A DNA stretch of 32,000 nucleotides from Gammaproteobacteria bacterium. GTDB taxonomy: Bacteria > Pseudomonadota > Gammaproteobacteria > UBA5335 > SLRW01. The translations under genes and the position numbers were made by a program. Below are positions 1 through 8,133 of the stretch, piece after piece; the stretch's first letter is position 1; each line of letters starts with the position of its first letter. A model generated the notes under the pieces. It did no database searches, was not told where the DNA came from, and saw nothing but the letters and a program-made list of their open reading frames with translations. Location: NCBI GenBank assembly GCA_007130745.1, contig SLRW01000028.1, forward strand, positions 2,334 to 34,333. Direction: 5' to 3'.

Positions 1-1043
1 TTCACCAACAGCGAGGCCACGATCATACGCACGCGGTTGTGCATCCAGCCGGTGTGCCAAAGCTGACGCATGCCGGCATCCACGATTGGGAAGCCGGTTC
101 GGCCCTGCTGCCAGCAGGCCAGCAACTCCTGATAATCCCGGCGCCAGGGGAAATGTTCGAAGTCGGGATTGAGCGGCTTTTCCGGGCAATCCGGGAAATT
201 AAACAACACATGATGGGCAAATTCGCGCCAGCCCAACTGTCGTGTAAAAGCCTGCGCCCCGGGCCGCTCACGCACTGCCGCCAGCACCTGGCGCGGCGAT
301 ATTTCGCCATGATGCAGCCAGGGCGACAGGCCCGACACGCCATCGCGCGCCGGATCATCGCGGTGACTTTCATAGCCGGTCAGCGCAGAGTCGCGGAACT
401 GCTCCAGTCGTGCCAGCGCGCCCGCCTCGCCCGGAGACCAGCTGGCCGCCAGCCCGCCTGCCCAGTTCACTGCCGGTAACAGACCCAGCCCGGTCAGTGG
501 CGTACTCCGGGGCGCCCTTGCCGGCCCCGACAAGCGACCCGGGGCCGGCAAGGGCGCCTGTTCGTCAAGCCTCGCGGCCAACTGCCGCCAGAACGGAGTA
601 AACACCCTGTAGGGGTTTCCCTGCGAAGTGCGCACCGCCCAGGGTTCACACAGCAGGGCACCATTAAAAGACGCTGTCGCCACCCCCTGTTCACGCAACT
701 TTTGCTTGATCTCGCGGTCATGAGCAACCCGCGCAGGTTCATACAGGCGGTTCCAGTACACTGCCGTGGCGCCGGTTTCGGCCACCAGCTTGCGCAATTC
801 GGCAAGGCTCTCGCCGGCCCTGATCACCAGCGGGCTACCCGCCTCGACGAGCCCGCACGCCAACGCATCAAGGCTGTGATATTGCCACCAGCGAGCAGCG
901 CCACCCGGCGCCCACACACCTTCCTCAGCGGGAGCGTGAATATAGACCGGCACCACCGGGGCGCCCGTCTGCACGGCAGCATGCAGGGCCGGATTGTCAT
1001 GCAGGCGCAGGTCGCGACGCACCCACCAGATCACACAGGACAA
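1..1043 (-). CDS. phrB: deoxyribodipyrimidine photolyase (class I CPD photolyase/cryptochrome family); C-terminal end cut by the window edge
   Basis: Absent from the ORF track because it runs off the left edge. Manual minus-strand translation gives IWWVRRDLRLHDNPALHAAVQTG (about 1031-960), TPFWRQLAARL (599-567) and QLGWREFAHHV...GRTGFPIVDAGMRQLWHTGWMHNRVRMIVASLLV (239-3), all classic photolyase motifs. In-frame stop at 1053-1055. Candidate starts are TTG 1043 or GTG 1034. Confidence 0.85.
   Translation of the reverse strand, partial: MSCVIWWVRRDLRLHDNPALHAAVQTGAPVVPVYIHAPAEEGVWAPGGAARWWQYHSLDALACGLVEAGSPLVIRAGESLAELRKLVAETGATAVYWNRLYEPARVAHDREIKQKLREQGVATASFNGALLCEPWAVRTSQGNPYRVFTPFWRQLAARLDEQAPLPAPGRLSGPARAPRSTPLTGLGLLPAVNWAGGLAASWSPGEAGALARLEQFRDSALTGYESHRDDPARDGVSGLSPWLHHGEISPRQVLAAVRERPGAQAFTRQLGWREFAHHVLFNFPDCPEKPLNPDFEHFPWRRDYQELLACWQQGRTGFPIVDAGMRQLWHTGWMHNRVRMIVASLLV
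511..558. repeat. perfect 19-bp-stem hairpin (10-nt loop) lying in frame inside the photolyase interdomain linker
   Basis: GGCGCCCTTGCCGGCCCCG (511-529) is the exact reverse complement of CGGGGCCGGCAAGGGCGCC (540-558); the loop is acaagcgacc. Total 48 nt = 16 codons, encoding APLPAPGRLSGPARAP on the minus strand. Confidence 0.8.
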
Positions 1044-1141
1044 GCGCTTTCCTCAGGCCGGATTTACAGAAGTCTGGCGTTACAAACGCTACTATAGCGC
1101 GGCAGGCACAGCGCAGCTGAAATAACAGGGAGAGGCGAATC

Positions 1142-1513
1142 ATGCCCACGGTTTCATCCCGGCCCGTTTCGCATATCGAATGGCGCAGTCCGGACCCACA
1201 AGGATGCGCAGTCTTTCTTGAGCGACTTTTCGGCTGGCACTTCCAGCCTCACGGCAGCCGCTACCTGGAGTACTGCAGCGATGGCCTGTGCCTGGCATTA
1301 ATGCAGGAAAACAACCCGCCAGTGCCCGGCGCCTGCCAGGCCTACCTGCGGGTGAGCAATCTGGAAACCATTCTGGAACAGGTGCAAAACCTGGGCGGCG
1401 GGGTGGCCCTGACGCCGCGTGAGATTCCCGACTACGGGCGTTATGCCCGGCTTGCCACCCCGGCCGGTACCGTCATTGGCCTGTTCGAAGCAAGCACCGG
1501 CGGCCGGGATTGA
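1142..1513 (+). CDS. VOC (glyoxalase/bleomycin-resistance/dioxygenase) family protein
   Basis: 123-aa ORF with SD GGGAGAGG 6 nt upstream. The sequence pattern HIEW...FLERLFGWHF...GRYARLATPAGTVIGLFE is typical of small VOC-fold proteins. Divergent from phrB. Confidence 0.7.
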   Translation: MPTVSSRPVSHIEWRSPDPQGCAVFLERLFGWHFQPHGSRYLEYCSDGLCLALMQENNPPVPGACQAYLRVSNLETILEQVQNLGGGVALTPREIPDYGRYARLATPAGTVIGLFEASTGGRD

Positions 1514-1650
1514 CTCGCGGCACAGACTGCAGCTGGTGTAGACTGGCGGGTTCCAGATCGAATTGTCGCATTGTGGAGGCCAGGTTTTGAGCCCGGCACA
1601 AGACACCGCATGCGGCGTGAATTCAGAGCATCATCCAGGGGAACCTCAAC

Positions 1651-2628
1651 ATGAAACAGCCTGTACGCGTAGCCATCACCGGTGCCGCCGGTCAGATCAG
1701 TTACTCGCTTGCCTTCCGTATTGCCGCCGGCGACATGCTGGGCAAGGACCAGCCCGTGATCCTTCAGCTGCTGGAAATCCCGCCTGCAATGGACGCCCTG
1801 CAGGGCGTGGTCATGGAGCTCAGCGACTGCGCCTTCCCCCTGCTGGCCGGGGTTGAGGCCAGCGACAAGCCCGAAGAGGCTTTTGACAAGGCCGACTACG
1901 CCCTGCTGGTCGGCGCCAGACCGCGCGGCCCGGGCATGGAACGCAAGGACCTGCTGCAGGCCAATGCACAGATTTTCTCGGCCCAGGGCAAGGCGCTGGA
2001 TGCCAAGGCCTCGCGCGACGTGAAAGTGCTGGTCGTGGGCAACCCCGCCAACACCAACGCCCTGATCACCAGCAGCAACGCCCCGAGTCTGGACCCGCGC
2101 CAGATCACCGCCATGACCCGCCTGGACCACAACCGGGCATTGCACCAGCTGGCCGCGCAGACCGGCGCCCACATCAATGACGTCCAGCGCATGATTATCT
2201 GGGGCAATCACTCCGCCACCCAGTATCCGGATATCGAACACGCCACCATTAAAGGCCGGCCGGCAGCCGAACAGGTGGATGCTGACTGGTATCGCAACAC
2301 CTTCATCCCCGACGTGCAGCAGCGCGGTGCCGCCATCATCAAGGCCCGCGGTGCTTCCTCGGCTGCCTCGGCGGCTTCCTCGGCCATCGACCATATGCGC
2401 GATTGGGCGCTGGGCACTGCCGAGGGTGACTGGACCAGCATGGCGGTCCCTGCCGATGGCAGCTACGGTATTGCCGAGGGCGTGGTCTATTCCTATCCGG
2501 TCGTTTGCCGCGACGGCGATTATGAAATCGTGCAGGATCTGCCGGTCAGCGATTTCAGCCGTGAGCGCATGGACGCCACCGACAAGGAGCTGCGCGAAGA
2601 GCGCGAGGGCGTCAGCGAACTGCTGTGA
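1651..2628 (+). CDS. mdh: malate dehydrogenase (NAD-dependent, long LDH-like type)
   Basis: 325 aa. N-terminal Rossmann motif [16 protein letters not shown], then [22 protein letters not shown] and IWGNHS, all characteristic of Mdh. Confidence 0.95.
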   Translation: MKQPVRVAITGAAGQISYSLAFRIAAGDMLGKDQPVILQLLEIPPAMDALQGVVMELSDCAFPLLAGVEASDKPEEAFDKADYALLVGARPRGPGMERKDLLQANAQIFSAQGKALDAKASRDVKVLVVGNPANTNALITSSNAPSLDPRQITAMTRLDHNRALHQLAAQTGAHINDVQRMIIWGNHSATQYPDIEHATIKGRPAAEQVDADWYRNTFIPDVQQRGAAIIKARGASSAASAASSAIDHMRDWALGTAEGDWTSMAVPADGSYGIAEGVVYSYPVVCRDGDYEIVQDLPVSDFSRERMDATDKELREEREGVSELL

Positions 2629-2640
2629 AGATGCACGAGG

Positions 2641-2668
2641 GCGCCGGGGTCACCCCGGTGCCCTTTGC
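2641..2668 (+). terminator. candidate intrinsic terminator downstream of mdh
   Basis: GCGCCGGGG (2641-2649) pairs with CCCCGGTGC (2653-2661): 9 bp including one G-U, 3-nt loop. It is followed by a weakly T-rich CCTTTGCC, 13 nt after the mdh stop. Confidence 0.35.
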
Positions 2669-2758
2669 CTCGGCAGCGCTTCGGTGCTAGAAAGGCCTGG
2701 TGAGGGCATAACATACCGGGGCAACGTATCGACATCACAAGCGGCCGGGGGTAGTGAA

Positions 2759-3187
2759 ATGAAACTCGCTGATATTCTTGACGCCAAGGGCTGGGGTTCG
2801 ATCACCGCCGATGAATCGGTAGACGTCGCCACGGTGGTGCGCATCATGTGTGATAACCACGTCGGTGCCGCCGTGATTCTGGGGCAAGATGGCGGCATTG
2901 TCGGCATCGTCACCGAACGTGACATCCTGCGCCAGTTTTCTGAACGAGGCGCCTTGCTGGCCGAGCTGGACGTGCGCAGCGTCATGTCCCGCAAGGTCGA
3001 AACAGCCTCGCCCGACACCCCCACGCAGGAAGCCCTGCAAAATATGACCGCCAGGCGCTTCCGCCATCTGCCGGTAGTGGATGACGGCAAACTGCTGGGC
3101 GTGGTATCCATCGGCGACCTGGTCAAGTCAATGTTGCGCGAGAAAGAACAGGAAAGCGAAGCCCTGCGCGAATACATCAGCCACTGA
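2759..3187 (+). CDS. CBS-pair domain protein
   Basis: Internal ATG of track ORF 2279..3187 (the upstream part overlaps mdh). 142 aa with two CBS repeats (GAAVILGQDGGIVGIVTERDIL and HLPVVDDGKLLGVVSIGDLV). Confidence 0.85.
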   Translation: MKLADILDAKGWGSITADESVDVATVVRIMCDNHVGAAVILGQDGGIVGIVTERDILRQFSERGALLAELDVRSVMSRKVETASPDTPTQEALQNMTARRFRHLPVVDDGKLLGVVSIGDLVKSMLREKEQESEALREYISH

Positions 3188-3190
3188 TCC

Positions 3191-3922
3191 GTGCCCAATG
3201 ACCAGCCGCAGATGACTGGCGACACCCCGGAAGCTCCGATTCGCCCGGCCGCCACGGTTGTGCTGGTACGCCGCGGGCGTCAGGGTCCCGAAGTGCTGTT
3301 ACTGGAACGCAACCGGCATTCGACGTTTGTTGCCGGCGCGCACGTATTCCCCGGCGGCGGCCTGGATGCTGCCGATCAACTACCGGAAATTCGCCAGCTT
3401 TGCACCGCCGCAACCGCCTCCAGCGACTCACAAGCGCTGGCCTACCGCGTGGCCGCCATTCGTGAAAGCTTTGAAGAGGCCGGCGTGTTGCTTGCGCGAA
3501 CGTCTGCCGGCAGTGTGCTGGAATCCGGCATCATCGGACTGGCCGGCGAACTCGAACGCTACCGTGACGCCCTGCTTCAGGGACAGACCAGTTTGCAGGA
3601 AATCTGTCGTCAACAAGCCTGGCAGCTGGATACCGCCAGCCTGCACTACTACAGCCGATGGATTACACCCCCGGGACAAATCCGGCGTTATGACACCCGT
3701 TTTTTTGTGTGCGAGGCGCCACCAGGACAGGAAGGCCGTGCCTGCCAGCGCGAAACCGTAGCCCATACCTGGCTGACTCCAGGCCGGGCCATTGACCGCT
3801 GGCGCAAAAATGAGATTTCACTGGTCTTCCCCACCGCCGTCACCCTTCAGGAACTGGCTGATCTTGACAGTGTTGAGGCTATACTGGCCACAGCCCGCAC
3901 GCGTCAGTCCGAAGAAGTCTGA
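3191..3922 (+). CDS. NUDIX-family hydrolase with an interrupted Nudix box
   Basis: 243 aa. FPGGGLD ... AAIRESFEEAGVLL gives the REUxEExGU half of the Nudix box, with a ~30-residue insert after the glycine half. Start is GTG 3191 or ATG 3212. Confidence 0.8.
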   Translation: MPNDQPQMTGDTPEAPIRPAATVVLVRRGRQGPEVLLLERNRHSTFVAGAHVFPGGGLDAADQLPEIRQLCTAATASSDSQALAYRVAAIRESFEEAGVLLARTSAGSVLESGIIGLAGELERYRDALLQGQTSLQEICRQQAWQLDTASLHYYSRWITPPGQIRRYDTRFFVCEAPPGQEGRACQRETVAHTWLTPGRAIDRWRKNEISLVFPTAVTLQELADLDSVEAILATARTRQSEEV

Positions 3923-4135
3923 GACGCAATGAAAAATCAGGGTCCGCATGGCAATCATGCAGGCATGGGGCAAAGCGGTCTTTTGCTGCTAAACTTGTAA
4001 AGGAGATATCCCGGGCAGCGCCTTGCCGATGCCCGGGGAGTTTGACAAAACAAACTGCAATGGTCGAAAGCGCATTGCGGTCTGCATCACAGGGGGGCAA
4101 CGGATGTTGCCCTGCAGCACAGCGGGAGCCGCGAC

Positions 4136-5263
4136 GTGGGCGCAATCTATATCACTGGCAGCGGGTTGTTCACCCCCGAACAGTCCATTTCCAACGATGA
4201 ACTGGTCGCCGCCTATAATGAATTCGCTCGCCGCCATAACGAAGCAAACGCCGGTGCCATAACGGCGGGCGAGTGCGAGCCGATGCCCATGTCGGCATCT
4301 GATTTTATCGTCAAGGCATCCGGCATTCAGAGTCGCTACGTCATCGACAAACAGGGCATCCTGGATGTTGAACGCATGCGCCCGGTGCTGCGCCGACGCA
4401 GCGAAGACGAACCCTCCATCCAGTGCGAAATGTCCGTGAGCGCCGCCCGCGAGGCCATGGCAAATGCCGGTCGTGAAGCCGCTGATATTGATGCCGTGAT
4501 CGTGGCCTGCTCCAATCTCCAGCGTGCTTACCCGGCCATAGCCGTAGAGGTTCAACAGGCGCTGGGGATCGACGGCTGGGCCTTTGATATGAACGTGGCC
4601 TGTTCATCGGCGACCTTCGGCCTGCAGATGGCGGCCGATACCATCGCCCGCGACAGCGCTCGCGCCGTCCTGGTCATCAGCCCGGAAATCTGCTCCGGAC
4701 ACCTGAATTTCCGCGACCGGGACAGCCACTTTATTTTCGGTGATGCCTGCACTGCCGTGCTGGTGGAAAACGATAACGGGCAAAAAACGCCCGGCGCTTT
4801 CGAGATTCTCGGAACCCGACTCAAGACCCGATTTTCCAATAATATCCGCAACGACCAGGGCTTTCTCAATCGCGCCGAGGAGCCACCCCGAACTGACGAC
4901 GAGCGTCTGTTCCGGCAGCAGGGGCGAAAGGTGTTCAAGGATGTGGTGCCCATGGTCAACGACCTGATTCTGGGTCACCTGGCCTCCCTTGGCCTGCGTT
5001 CCGACCAGCTCAAACGCCTGTGGTTTCACCAGGCCAACCTCAGCATGAACCAGCTGATTGCCAGGCGCGTGCTGGGACACGAAGCCTCGCCACAGGAAGC
5101 GCCAGTGATTTTGGACCGTTATGCCAACACCAGCTCGGCCGGCTCCATCATCGCCTTTCATCAACACCATGACGACCTTGATGCCGGCGATACCGGCGTT
5201 ATCTGTTCCTTCGGCGCCGGTTATTCGGCCGGCAGCGTAGTTATCCGCCGCACCAGTCACTGA
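4136..5263 (+). CDS. beta-ketoacyl-ACP synthase III family enzyme (long, ~375-aa FabH-like subtype)
   Basis: GTG start with SD GGGAG 8 nt upstream. KASIII Cys-His-Asn triad contexts: NVACSSATFG, WFHQANLSMN, YANTSSAGSI. Also NFRDRDSHFIFGDA, typical of the acyl-CoA-primed long FabH paralogues. Confidence 0.9.
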   Translation: MGAIYITGSGLFTPEQSISNDELVAAYNEFARRHNEANAGAITAGECEPMPMSASDFIVKASGIQSRYVIDKQGILDVERMRPVLRRRSEDEPSIQCEMSVSAAREAMANAGREAADIDAVIVACSNLQRAYPAIAVEVQQALGIDGWAFDMNVACSSATFGLQMAADTIARDSARAVLVISPEICSGHLNFRDRDSHFIFGDACTAVLVENDNGQKTPGAFEILGTRLKTRFSNNIRNDQGFLNRAEEPPRTDDERLFRQQGRKVFKDVVPMVNDLILGHLASLGLRSDQLKRLWFHQANLSMNQLIARRVLGHEASPQEAPVILDRYANTSSAGSIIAFHQHHDDLDAGDTGVICSFGAGYSAGSVVIRRTSH

Positions 5264-5281
5264 TCCGCGCAGCCCGGCCCT

Positions 5282-5563
5282 ATGGATTATCGCGACTGGC
5301 ATACATTTCGCGACATTGACCAACATATGGGTCTGCCCAAGGGCAGTGCTTTCCGCTGTTTCAAGCACTTGCGCGATGCGCTCGATCAGGATCGGGATTT
5401 CCTCCTGCTCGAGGCGCTGGATCACAGCCAGACAATCGCACAACTGCGTCTGGATGAACGGATCTATGCTGCCAGCATCAATGTGGTGTTGCTCTCCGGC
5501 ACGGCGCGCGAGCGCATTGAAGCCCGACTCAGGACGGATGCACCTGCAGGAAGACACCCATGA
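5282..5563 (+). CDS. small hypothetical protein (93 aa)
   Basis: The ORF exactly fills the gap between the KASIII gene and tatD and overlaps the tatD start by ATGA. GC3-biased codons. No recognisable motif and no clear SD. Confidence 0.5.
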   Translation: MDYRDWHTFRDIDQHMGLPKGSAFRCFKHLRDALDQDRDFLLLEALDHSQTIAQLRLDERIYAASINVVLLSGTARERIEARLRTDAPAGRHP

Positions 5564-6378
5564 ACCAGACACTGATTGACATAGGCGCCAACCTGACCGG
5601 AAAACCCTTTGAGCGCGATCGCGAGGCGGTCATCGCACGGGCCCGCGAAGCCGACGTGGACTGCATGATTGTGACCGGCACTGATCGCGAGGCCAATCAA
5701 CGCGCCCTGGAACTGGCCCGGCAATGGCCTGGAGTGCTGTATGCCACTGCCGGAGTTCACCCGCACCATGCCCACAGCCACAATCAGCAAGACCTTAAGG
5801 AAATACACGCCTTGGCCGCGCAACCCGAAGTGCGGGCCGTGGGCGAAACCGGCCTGGACTATTTCCGCGATTTATCCCCCCGTCGGGAGCAACAGCACAT
5901 GTTCGAGGCTCATCTGGAGATCGCTGCCGACACCGGGTTGCCGGTTTTTCTCCACCAGCGTGAAGCCCATGCTGATTTTCTGCCGATCCTGGCGCGTCAC
6001 CGCGATCGCATCTCAAACGCGGTAGTTCACTGTTTCACCGGTGACGGAGAAGAACTGGCCGCCTATCTGGACCTGGACCTGTACATCGGTATCACCGGCT
6101 GGATCTGTGACGAACGCCGCGGACTACATCTGCGCGATATCGTTCACCGCATTTCGCAACAGCGCATTATGCTGGAAACCGACTGTCCCTATCTGCTGCC
6201 CCGTGACCTGCCAGACAAACCCCGAAACCGGCGTAATGAGCCGGCCTTTCTGCCGCACATTCTGGCTGCGGTGGCCTCGGCACGGGACGAAGACCCGGCA
6301 ACACTGGCGTGCGCCAGCACCGCCAATGCACGACGTTTTTTCGGGATAGAGACGAACCCGGACAATCGCAGTTTGTGA
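5560..6378 (+). CDS. tatD: TatD-family metal-dependent DNase/hydrolase
   Basis: 272 aa. IDIGANLT, AGVHPHH, GETGLDY, VHCFTG, GITGWICDERRG, ETDCPYLLPRD and RNEPAFLPHI align along the whole length with E. coli TatD as I recall it. Confidence 0.9.
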   Translation: MNQTLIDIGANLTGKPFERDREAVIARAREADVDCMIVTGTDREANQRALELARQWPGVLYATAGVHPHHAHSHNQQDLKEIHALAAQPEVRAVGETGLDYFRDLSPRREQQHMFEAHLEIAADTGLPVFLHQREAHADFLPILARHRDRISNAVVHCFTGDGEELAAYLDLDLYIGITGWICDERRGLHLRDIVHRISQQRIMLETDCPYLLPRDLPDKPRNRRNEPAFLPHILAAVASARDEDPATLACASTANARRFFGIETNPDNRSL

Positions 6379-6435
6379 CTGTCTCACCGGCCACGCTATG
6401 ATGAAGCCGATCCGGACATGATGAGGTAAACGATC

Positions 6436-6924
6436 ATGAAAGCTGCTCCCTTGCGCGCGTTTTATCCACTTGCCCTTGCTGCTGCACTCTTGCTTGCACT
6501 GGCGCCGCTGACGGCGGTCGATGCCAGTAGCATGTATCGATGGGTGGACAACCACGGCAATGTGCATTTCAGTGATCAACGGCCCTCAGGGCGCGATGCC
6601 GAGCGGGTCGGCAGTGAGCGTCACATGGGACCGGCACAGGCCGAAGAACCCCCCGCAGAACAAGCAGGTACGAATGACGATCAGGACCGCCGCCAGCAGC
6701 AGGAACGCTACGAGCAGCGTATGCAGGAGCAGGAAGCACAACGCGAACAGGCCGAGACCCACAACCGGGAGCTGTGTGAACGCATACAGCAAGAGCAGGC
6801 CCGTTTGCAGCAGGGCGGGCGATTCCGCGCGCCCGGCGAAGATGGTGAGCCTCGCTTCTTGAGCGAAGAACAACGCCAGGAACGCATTACCAACAACCAG
6901 CGCATGCTTGAGGAGAGGTGCTGA
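6436..6924 (+). CDS. DUF4124-domain secreted protein with a Q/E/R-rich tail
   Basis: Signal peptide (LALAAALLLALAPLTAVDA), then YRWVDNHGNVHFSDQRP (DUF4124 signature), then a low-complexity QQQERYEQRMQEQEAQREQAE coiled-coil-like tail. SD GAGG upstream. Confidence 0.8.
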   Translation: MKAAPLRAFYPLALAAALLLALAPLTAVDASSMYRWVDNHGNVHFSDQRPSGRDAERVGSERHMGPAQAEEPPAEQAGTNDDQDRRQQQERYEQRMQEQEAQREQAETHNRELCERIQQEQARLQQGGRFRAPGEDGEPRFLSEEQRQERITNNQRMLEERC

Positions 6925-6925
6925 A

Positions 6926-7918
6926 GTGACTGCAGAACAATCCGCATCAGCCAGCAAGGTCGCCGACAACCAGCTTGACAGCTTGCGCCTGCACAGTGTG
7001 GTGGTCGCCGATACCGGTGATCTGGAAAGCATACGCGCCTACCGACCCACAGACGCCACAACCAACCCAACACTGATTCTCGCCGCGGCGGGCAGCGAAC
7101 AAGCCGGTGAGCTGATAGATGCGGCCATTGCCGAGACGGCTCAGGGCGATGCAGCACAGCGCATGGATGAGGCCATGACCCGGCTGTCGGTCAAATTCGG
7201 CTGCGAGATCCTCAAACTCATCCCGGGCCGGGTCTCCACTGAAGTCGACGCCCGCCTTTCGTTCAATACCCGTGCCAGCATCGACAAGGCACACGAATTG
7301 ATCCGCCTGTACGAACAGGCCGGGATTGAACGCGAGCGCATCCTGATCAAGCTGGCGGCCACCTGGGAAGGCATTGAAGCCGCCCGTACCCTGGAAGCCG
7401 AAGGCATCCACTGCAACATGACACTGATGTTCAGCCTGGCCCAGGGCATTGCCTGTGCTCACGCCGGCGCCACCCTGATCTCGCCTTTTGTCGGCCGGAT
7501 ATACGACTGGTACTGCAAACATGAGAGCGTGGAAGACTTCACACCCGAAACCGACCCGGGTGTGCTTTCCGTGCGCCGGATCTACACCTGGCTCAAGAAA
7601 TTCGGCCATGACACCGAAGTCATGGGCGCGAGTTTCCGCAAGCGCGATCAGGTGGTGGCGCTGGCAGGCTGCGACCTGTTGACCATATCCCCGACCCTGC
7701 TTGATGAACTGCAATCCAGCCGCGAGCCGCTCACCCGCCAACTGGACCCGGAGACGGCCCGCGCCAGCGACATGGCGCAAGCAAAACTGGACGAACCCGC
7801 GTTTCGCTGGCAACTCAACGAAGATCCCATGGCGACCGAGAAACTGGCCGAGGGCATCCGAAAATTTGCCGCTGACGCCCGCAAACTGGAAACACTACTG
7901 AGCGGACAGGGAATATAA
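6926..7918 (+). CDS. tal: transaldolase (TalB type)
   Basis: VVADTGDLESIRAYRPTDATTNPTLIL, SVKFGCEILKLIPGRVSTEVDARLSF and LISPFVGRIYDW. I chose GTG 6926 (SD GGAGAGG 7 nt upstream, just after the DUF4124 stop). The track ORF starts at TTG 6908. Confidence 0.9.
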   Translation: MTAEQSASASKVADNQLDSLRLHSVVVADTGDLESIRAYRPTDATTNPTLILAAAGSEQAGELIDAAIAETAQGDAAQRMDEAMTRLSVKFGCEILKLIPGRVSTEVDARLSFNTRASIDKAHELIRLYEQAGIERERILIKLAATWEGIEAARTLEAEGIHCNMTLMFSLAQGIACAHAGATLISPFVGRIYDWYCKHESVEDFTPETDPGVLSVRRIYTWLKKFGHDTEVMGASFRKRDQVVALAGCDLLTISPTLLDELQSSREPLTRQLDPETARASDMAQAKLDEPAFRWQLNEDPMATEKLAEGIRKFAADARKLETLLSGQGI

Positions 7919-8133
7919 GTTATTGCCCTGAAAACACACGGCCTGGCGCACGCACCTGCCCGCCCGTTGTCATAACTGGTCGCTTCGTCGGCTTGCTGAC
8001 GCCGTGTATCGCAACCCCCTCTGCCCACTGACAGTTTTTCTTCACATCAGCCATCCCTTTGGGCATAGTGCAGCAGATACATACGCGGTGCTGCTGTCCG
8101 CACCGACGACCCCGGCAGGGGAAGGGGGCTGGC

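Noticed and set aside
1441-2394. 317-aa minus-strand ORF
   Set aside because: Antisense shadow of mdh.
4010-4037. Hairpin CCCGGGCA-n12-TGCCCGGG followed by TTGACA, between the Nudix and KASIII genes
   Set aside because: It could be a terminator plus a -35 element. However, there is no T-run after the stem and no acceptable -10 at 16-18 bp from the TTGACA, so the evidence is too weak to annotate.
4604-5572. 322-aa minus-strand ORF
   Set aside because: Antisense to the KASIII gene and the small ORF, with no motifs. The plus-strand products have the catalytic triad.
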